Positions 16,908 to 20,000 of a DNA stretch of 20,000 nt are shown in pieces (position 1 is the first letter of the stretch; each line of letters opens with the position of its first letter). This stretch comes from an uncultured virus (IMG/VR IMGVR_UViG_3300013114_000208) (lineage: Duplodnaviria; Heunggongvirae; Uroviricota; Caudoviricetes), in IMG/VR virus record IMGVR_UViG_3300013114_000208, positions 57,824-77,823 of that record; one strand, written 5' to 3'. The position numbers and the translations under genes are program-made. A model generated the notes under the pieces. It saw only the letters and a program-made list of their open reading frames with translations, had not been told where the DNA came from and did no database searches.

Positions 16908-17647
16908 TAAATAAATCCCCCTTCACTACCACTACCTAGTAACGCACCACTCGCAAACTTTTTAAGTCCAAATCGTTTTGAAGTAGATGCTCTAGAGTAT
17001 ACAGGTTTAACTGTAATTGCTATAGTAGTAGATGTTGGAATCATTGACAAAGTATTTGTTGTTCTGACATAGTCAACAGTTCCCGGCATTTCCATGTTAA
17101 AGTTTATTACTACTACTGGTATATTTTTAAATATATGATCTCCAAACCCATTTAATCTCAAAACAGGAGGAGGTGTTCCTGGCGGAAAGTCTGAATCCTG
17201 GCCGAAAAACATTTTAGTTGTTGTTCTTAAAAAATGTAATACTGCTAATACATAGTCTGCTTCTGCAGAACTATTAGCAGTAAACTGACCAGTAATAGTT
17301 AAATCACCAATTGTATGACTATCAAATGCAGGGTGGTCATAATTGCTATGTGTTAATTGACTAGAACCAAAATTTGCTGAATGCTGTACAAAAATAGTTG
17401 GTGTATAAGGAAAAATAATACCGCCGGTGTCGTGTAATGGACGCAGTACTGTACTACCGACTAATAAATTTTTGGTAGCTGAACTTAATGTAAGTTTTGT
17501 TCGCCAGTCATGATTGTGTTCTTTTGCTGGGCCATTCCATCTAATAGTTGGATTCCCACTACCTGAGCTACCAAATAACCCAGCACCAAAAGGTATTGCT
17601 TTAGCAAGTAAGTTTCCTAGTCTTGGTGATAGTCCACGTATAGCCAT
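16907..17647 (-). CDS. Putative tail tube initiator / baseplate-tube junction protein (gp48/gp54 or CIS-tube-like)
   Basis: IIFPYTPTI, LTITGQFTA, HFLRTTTKMFFG and GTPPPVLRLNGFGDHIFKNIPVVVINF resemble tube-fold initiators (PPxxxL...G...vV). It sits directly upstream of the LysM/gp53 gene, with SD AGGA at 17655-17658. Confidence 0.6.
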   Translation of the reverse strand: MAIRGLSPRLGNLLAKAIPFGAGLFGSSGSGNPTIRWNGPAKEHNHDWRTKLTLSSATKNLLVGSTVLRPLHDTGGIIFPYTPTIFVQHSANFGSSQLTHSNYDHPAFDSHTIGDLTITGQFTANSSAEADYVLAVLHFLRTTTKMFFGQDSDFPPGTPPPVLRLNGFGDHIFKNIPVVVINFNMEMPGTVDYVRTTNTLSMIPTSTTIAITVKPVYSRASTSKRFGLKKFASGALLGSGSEGGFI

Positions 17648-17670
17648 ATTTTTTTCCTATATTATAACAT

Positions 17671-17678
17671 TATTTATT
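17671..17678 (-). promoter_or_regulatory. Putative late promoter (AATAAATA) for the baseplate operon
   Basis: The minus strand reads AATAAATA-ATGTTATAATATAGGAAAAAAAT-ATG, a 7/8 match to T4 TATAAATA, upstream of the first structural gene. Confidence 0.65.
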
Positions 17679-17706
17679 TGACTTTTTAATGTACGTGTAT
17701 TATAAT
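17678..17706 (+). promoter_or_regulatory. Sigma70-type early promoter for gp55
   Basis: TTGACT (17678-17683), 17-nt spacer, TATAAT (17701-17706). Confidence 0.85.
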
Positions 17707-17710
17707 ATAG

Positions 17711-17718
17711 TATAAATA
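17711..17718 (+). promoter_or_regulatory. T4 late promoter consensus TATAAATA upstream of gp55
   Basis: Exact TATAAATA ending 18 nt before the gp55 ATG. The AT-rich context makes a chance match possible. Confidence 0.5.
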
Positions 17719-17736
17719 TGATGGAGCGAAACCTTA

Positions 17737-18558
17737 ATGATATACTTACGAAACAAAGATATATTAGAAGAAATACATAAATCAAAAAATAGTTATAGTA
17801 GTTATTTAACACCAACAGATCAGGATTATGATATAATCCTTCCTAACATTGAAAAAATAAACATACGTTCTGTTGCCCAAGCAAAACGCAATAGAGCCGC
17901 GAAAATAGCAAAAAATAATCATGCTATTGCAGTAGCAGAAAATACAAATAAAAAGAAAAAACCTAGATTAATTGACTTTCAAGTAAATTGGAAAAAGATA
18001 GCAAAATCTGATCTAGTGTTTAGAATAATGTCATTTGAGCACATACCACTACAACACGGCAGAGTAAAAACTCCTAAATCTGTCGCAGATCATTATGAAA
18101 AGTTACCTTTTCCGCCTTATCAACACTTTCGGTTTAATGATGATAGTAAAGAAAGTGTATTAATATGCGTTGGTAAAAGTCATTGGAAAGGTGATTTAAA
18201 AAAGGGAGAATTCTGTAAGGAACATGGGCATATGACTGATACGTTAGCACGAATGTTTATTAAATTGTGTGATAGATACGGAACAAGATCTAATTGGCGT
18301 GGATATACATATAATGATGAGATGCGTGGCCAAGCAATATTACAACTAGTTCAAGTAGGATTGTTGTTTGATGAAAGCAAAAGTCAAAATCCATTTGCTT
18401 ATTATACAGCAATAATTACTAATTCCTTTACTAAAATATTAAACACAGAAAAGAAAAATCAAAATATTCGTGATGATATTCTAGAGATGAATAATATTGC
18501 ACCAAGTTATACAAGACAGAATCAAAATACATCAAATACAGCACCATCGTCTTCTTGA
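17737..18558 (+). CDS. gp55: Sigma factor for late transcription, T4 gp55-like (273 aa)
   Basis: N-terminal YLRNKDILEEI and core LARMFIKLCDRYGTRSNWRGYTYNDEM...FDESKSQNPFAYYTAIITNSF...EKK. GGAG SD at 17723-17726. Lies upstream of gp47-gp46 as in T4-like phages. Confidence 0.9.
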   Translation: MIYLRNKDILEEIHKSKNSYSSYLTPTDQDYDIILPNIEKINIRSVAQAKRNRAAKIAKNNHAIAVAENTNKKKKPRLIDFQVNWKKIAKSDLVFRIMSFEHIPLQHGRVKTPKSVADHYEKLPFPPYQHFRFNDDSKESVLICVGKSHWKGDLKKGEFCKEHGHMTDTLARMFIKLCDRYGTRSNWRGYTYNDEMRGQAILQLVQVGLLFDESKSQNPFAYYTAIITNSFTKILNTEKKNQNIRDDILEMNNIAPSYTRQNQNTSNTAPSSS

Positions 18559-18583
18559 CACTTTACTTTAAGTACGTTATAAT
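18555..18583 (+). promoter_or_regulatory. Perfect-consensus sigma70 promoter for gp47-gp46
   Basis: TTGACA (18555-18560, containing the gp55 TGA stop), 17-nt spacer, TATAAT (18578-18583). Confidence 0.9.
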
Positions 18584-18590
18584 AATATAA

Positions 18591-19616
18591 ATGAGTACGG
18601 ATAATTTATTCAATAAAATAGCAGTATGTACAGACATTCACTTTGGTAATAAAAGCAACTCAATAACACACAATAAAGATTGCGAAGATTTTGTAGATTG
18701 GTTCATAGCAACCGCACAAGAAAACAATTGCGAAACTGCCATATTTTTGGGAGACTGGCACCATCATAGAGCCAGCATCAATGTCAGCACACTGAACTAT
18801 AGCCTGCGTAGTTTGGAAAAACTAGGCAGTTCGTTTGATAATTTTTACTTTATCACGGGCAATCACGACTTATATTACAGAGATAGGCGTGATCTTAATA
18901 GTGTAGAGTTTGCTAGTAGATTCTCTGGTATAACAATAGTAGATGAACCGTTTAATGCGGGAAATTGTGCTATTGTGCCTTGGCTCGTGGGTGATGATTA
19001 CAAAAAATTAAAGAAAGTAAAAGCAAAATATATCTTTGGACATTTCGAGTTGCCACATTTCTATATGAACGCAATGATACAAATGCCTGAAACTAATGAG
19101 TTACATGCTGAAGATATGCATAAAGCAGATTATGTTTTTAGCGGCCACTTTCATAAAAGACAGCAACGCAAGAATGTTGTATATGTAGGCAATTGTTTCC
19201 CCCACAACTACAGTGATGCTTGGGATGATGAGCGAGGTATGATGATGTTGGAGTGGGATGGCGAGCCAGAGTTTGTTGCGTGGCCTGATGCACCTTCATA
19301 TAAAACATTAAAATTATCGCAATTACTGGATGATCCGGGTTATTATCTAACTGAGAAAACCTATGCTAGGGTTACTATGGATATTGATATTACTTACGAA
19401 GAGGCAAACTATGTTAAAGAGACATTTGCTGAACAATTTAAAATGCGTGAGTTAAGTTTATTGCCAGACAAGGAGAAATTAGATTTAGATATATTGAATG
19501 AAGACATAGAGTTAAATTTTGACAGTATTGACTCTATAGTTATAGACCAACTTTCTAATATTGAGAGTGAACATTATGATCCACAAATGCTACTAGACAT
19601 ATATAGGAGCATTTAG
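18591..19616 (+). CDS. gp47: Recombination endonuclease subunit, Mre11/SbcD-like metallophosphoesterase
   Basis: The motifs TDIHFG, LGDWHH, GNHD, GHFE and SGHFH occur in canonical order. Followed by a Rad50-like gene. Confidence 0.93.
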   Translation: MSTDNLFNKIAVCTDIHFGNKSNSITHNKDCEDFVDWFIATAQENNCETAIFLGDWHHHRASINVSTLNYSLRSLEKLGSSFDNFYFITGNHDLYYRDRRDLNSVEFASRFSGITIVDEPFNAGNCAIVPWLVGDDYKKLKKVKAKYIFGHFELPHFYMNAMIQMPETNELHAEDMHKADYVFSGHFHKRQQRKNVVYVGNCFPHNYSDAWDDERGMMMLEWDGEPEFVAWPDAPSYKTLKLSQLLDDPGYYLTEKTYARVTMDIDITYEEANYVKETFAEQFKMRELSLLPDKEKLDLDILNEDIELNFDSIDSIVIDQLSNIESEHYDPQMLLDIYRSI

Positions 19617-20000
19617 TGTTAGTATTAAAATCTCTAACAGTTAAAAATTTTATGAGCGTGGGTAATCAAACCCAAGCGGTAGATTTAAACAGACAAGATC
19701 TTACATTAGTATTGGGTGAGAATTTGGACTTGGGTGGCGATGATGCTGGTGCTCGTAACGGTACTGGTAAGACTACTATTGTTAATGCGTTGAGTTATGT
19801 GTTGTATGGTTCAGCATTAACTAATATTAAAAAAGATAATCTCATAAACAAAACTAACGGTAAAAATATGTTAGTTACTATTGAGTATGAGAAGGATGGT
19901 CAAGACTATCGTATAGAGCGCGGCAGACGGCCTGCTACATTAAAATATTTTAAGCAGGATGAAGAAAGTTCGGCGCAAGGTGAAAATAGGCAAACACAAG
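19616..20000 (+). CDS. gp46: Recombination ATPase subunit, Rad50/SbcC-like (5' part, truncated by the window edge)
   Basis: GTG at 19616 overlaps the gp47 TAG, with SD AGGAG at 19605-19609. Translation MLVLKSLTVKNFMSVGN...TLVLGENLDLGGDDAGARNGTGKTTIVNALSYVLYG...IERG includes Walker A. Not in the ORF track because there is no stop in the window. Confidence 0.92.
   Translation, partial: MLVLKSLTVKNFMSVGNQTQAVDLNRQDLTLVLGENLDLGGDDAGARNGTGKTTIVNALSYVLYGSALTNIKKDNLINKTNGKNMLVTIEYEKDGQDYRIERGRRPATLKYFKQDEESSAQGENRQTQ

Noticed and set aside
8055..17647. Interpretation as a bacterial eCIS/T6SS/tailocin locus
   Set aside because: The adjacent gp55-gp47-gp46 genes and T4-type late promoter motifs indicate a lytic phage genome.
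17718..17780. Short out-of-frame ORF (MMERNLNDILTKQRYIRRNT) overlapping the gp55 start
   Set aside because: Only 20 codons with no independent support. It could be chance, although its ATG lies near the predicted transcript start.
1..20000. tRNAs, CRISPR arrays, introns/inteins, DGR template repeats, intrinsic terminators
   Set aside because: Intergenic gaps are all under 90 nt and show no GC hairpin plus U-tract or repeat array. I recognised no intein or homing-endonuclease motifs by eye.

Overview
AT-rich segment of a large T4-related (probably jumbo) myophage genome with two divergent gene blocks. On the minus strand is a late baseplate module, in transcription order: tube-initiator-like (246 aa), gp53/LysM-like (100 aa), hub-like (1066 aa), lysozyme-less gp5/VgrG-like spike (501 aa), gp25, an enlarged gp6 (1133 aa), and a giant ORF of more than 2682 aa. 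The giant ORF starts at 8046, runs off the left edge and is absent from the ORF track. It is a mosaic of a gp7/P2-gpI-like wedge motif, an internally duplicated module, CBM5/12-like motifs, and an FG-GAP beta-propeller carrying an inserted YHYH domain and an inserted beta-sandwich. On the plus strand are gp55 (late sigma factor with a large insertion), gp47 (Mre11-like) and the start of gp46 (Rad50-like). Two near-perfect sigma70 promoters and three TAAATA late-promoter motifs are visible, two of the promoters implying leaderless mRNAs. I found no RNA genes, CRISPR arrays or mobile elements. All family assignments come from motif recognition by eye, not from database searches. I see no clearly new system. 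The best leads are the propeller with plug-in domains and the compact divergent promoter region.
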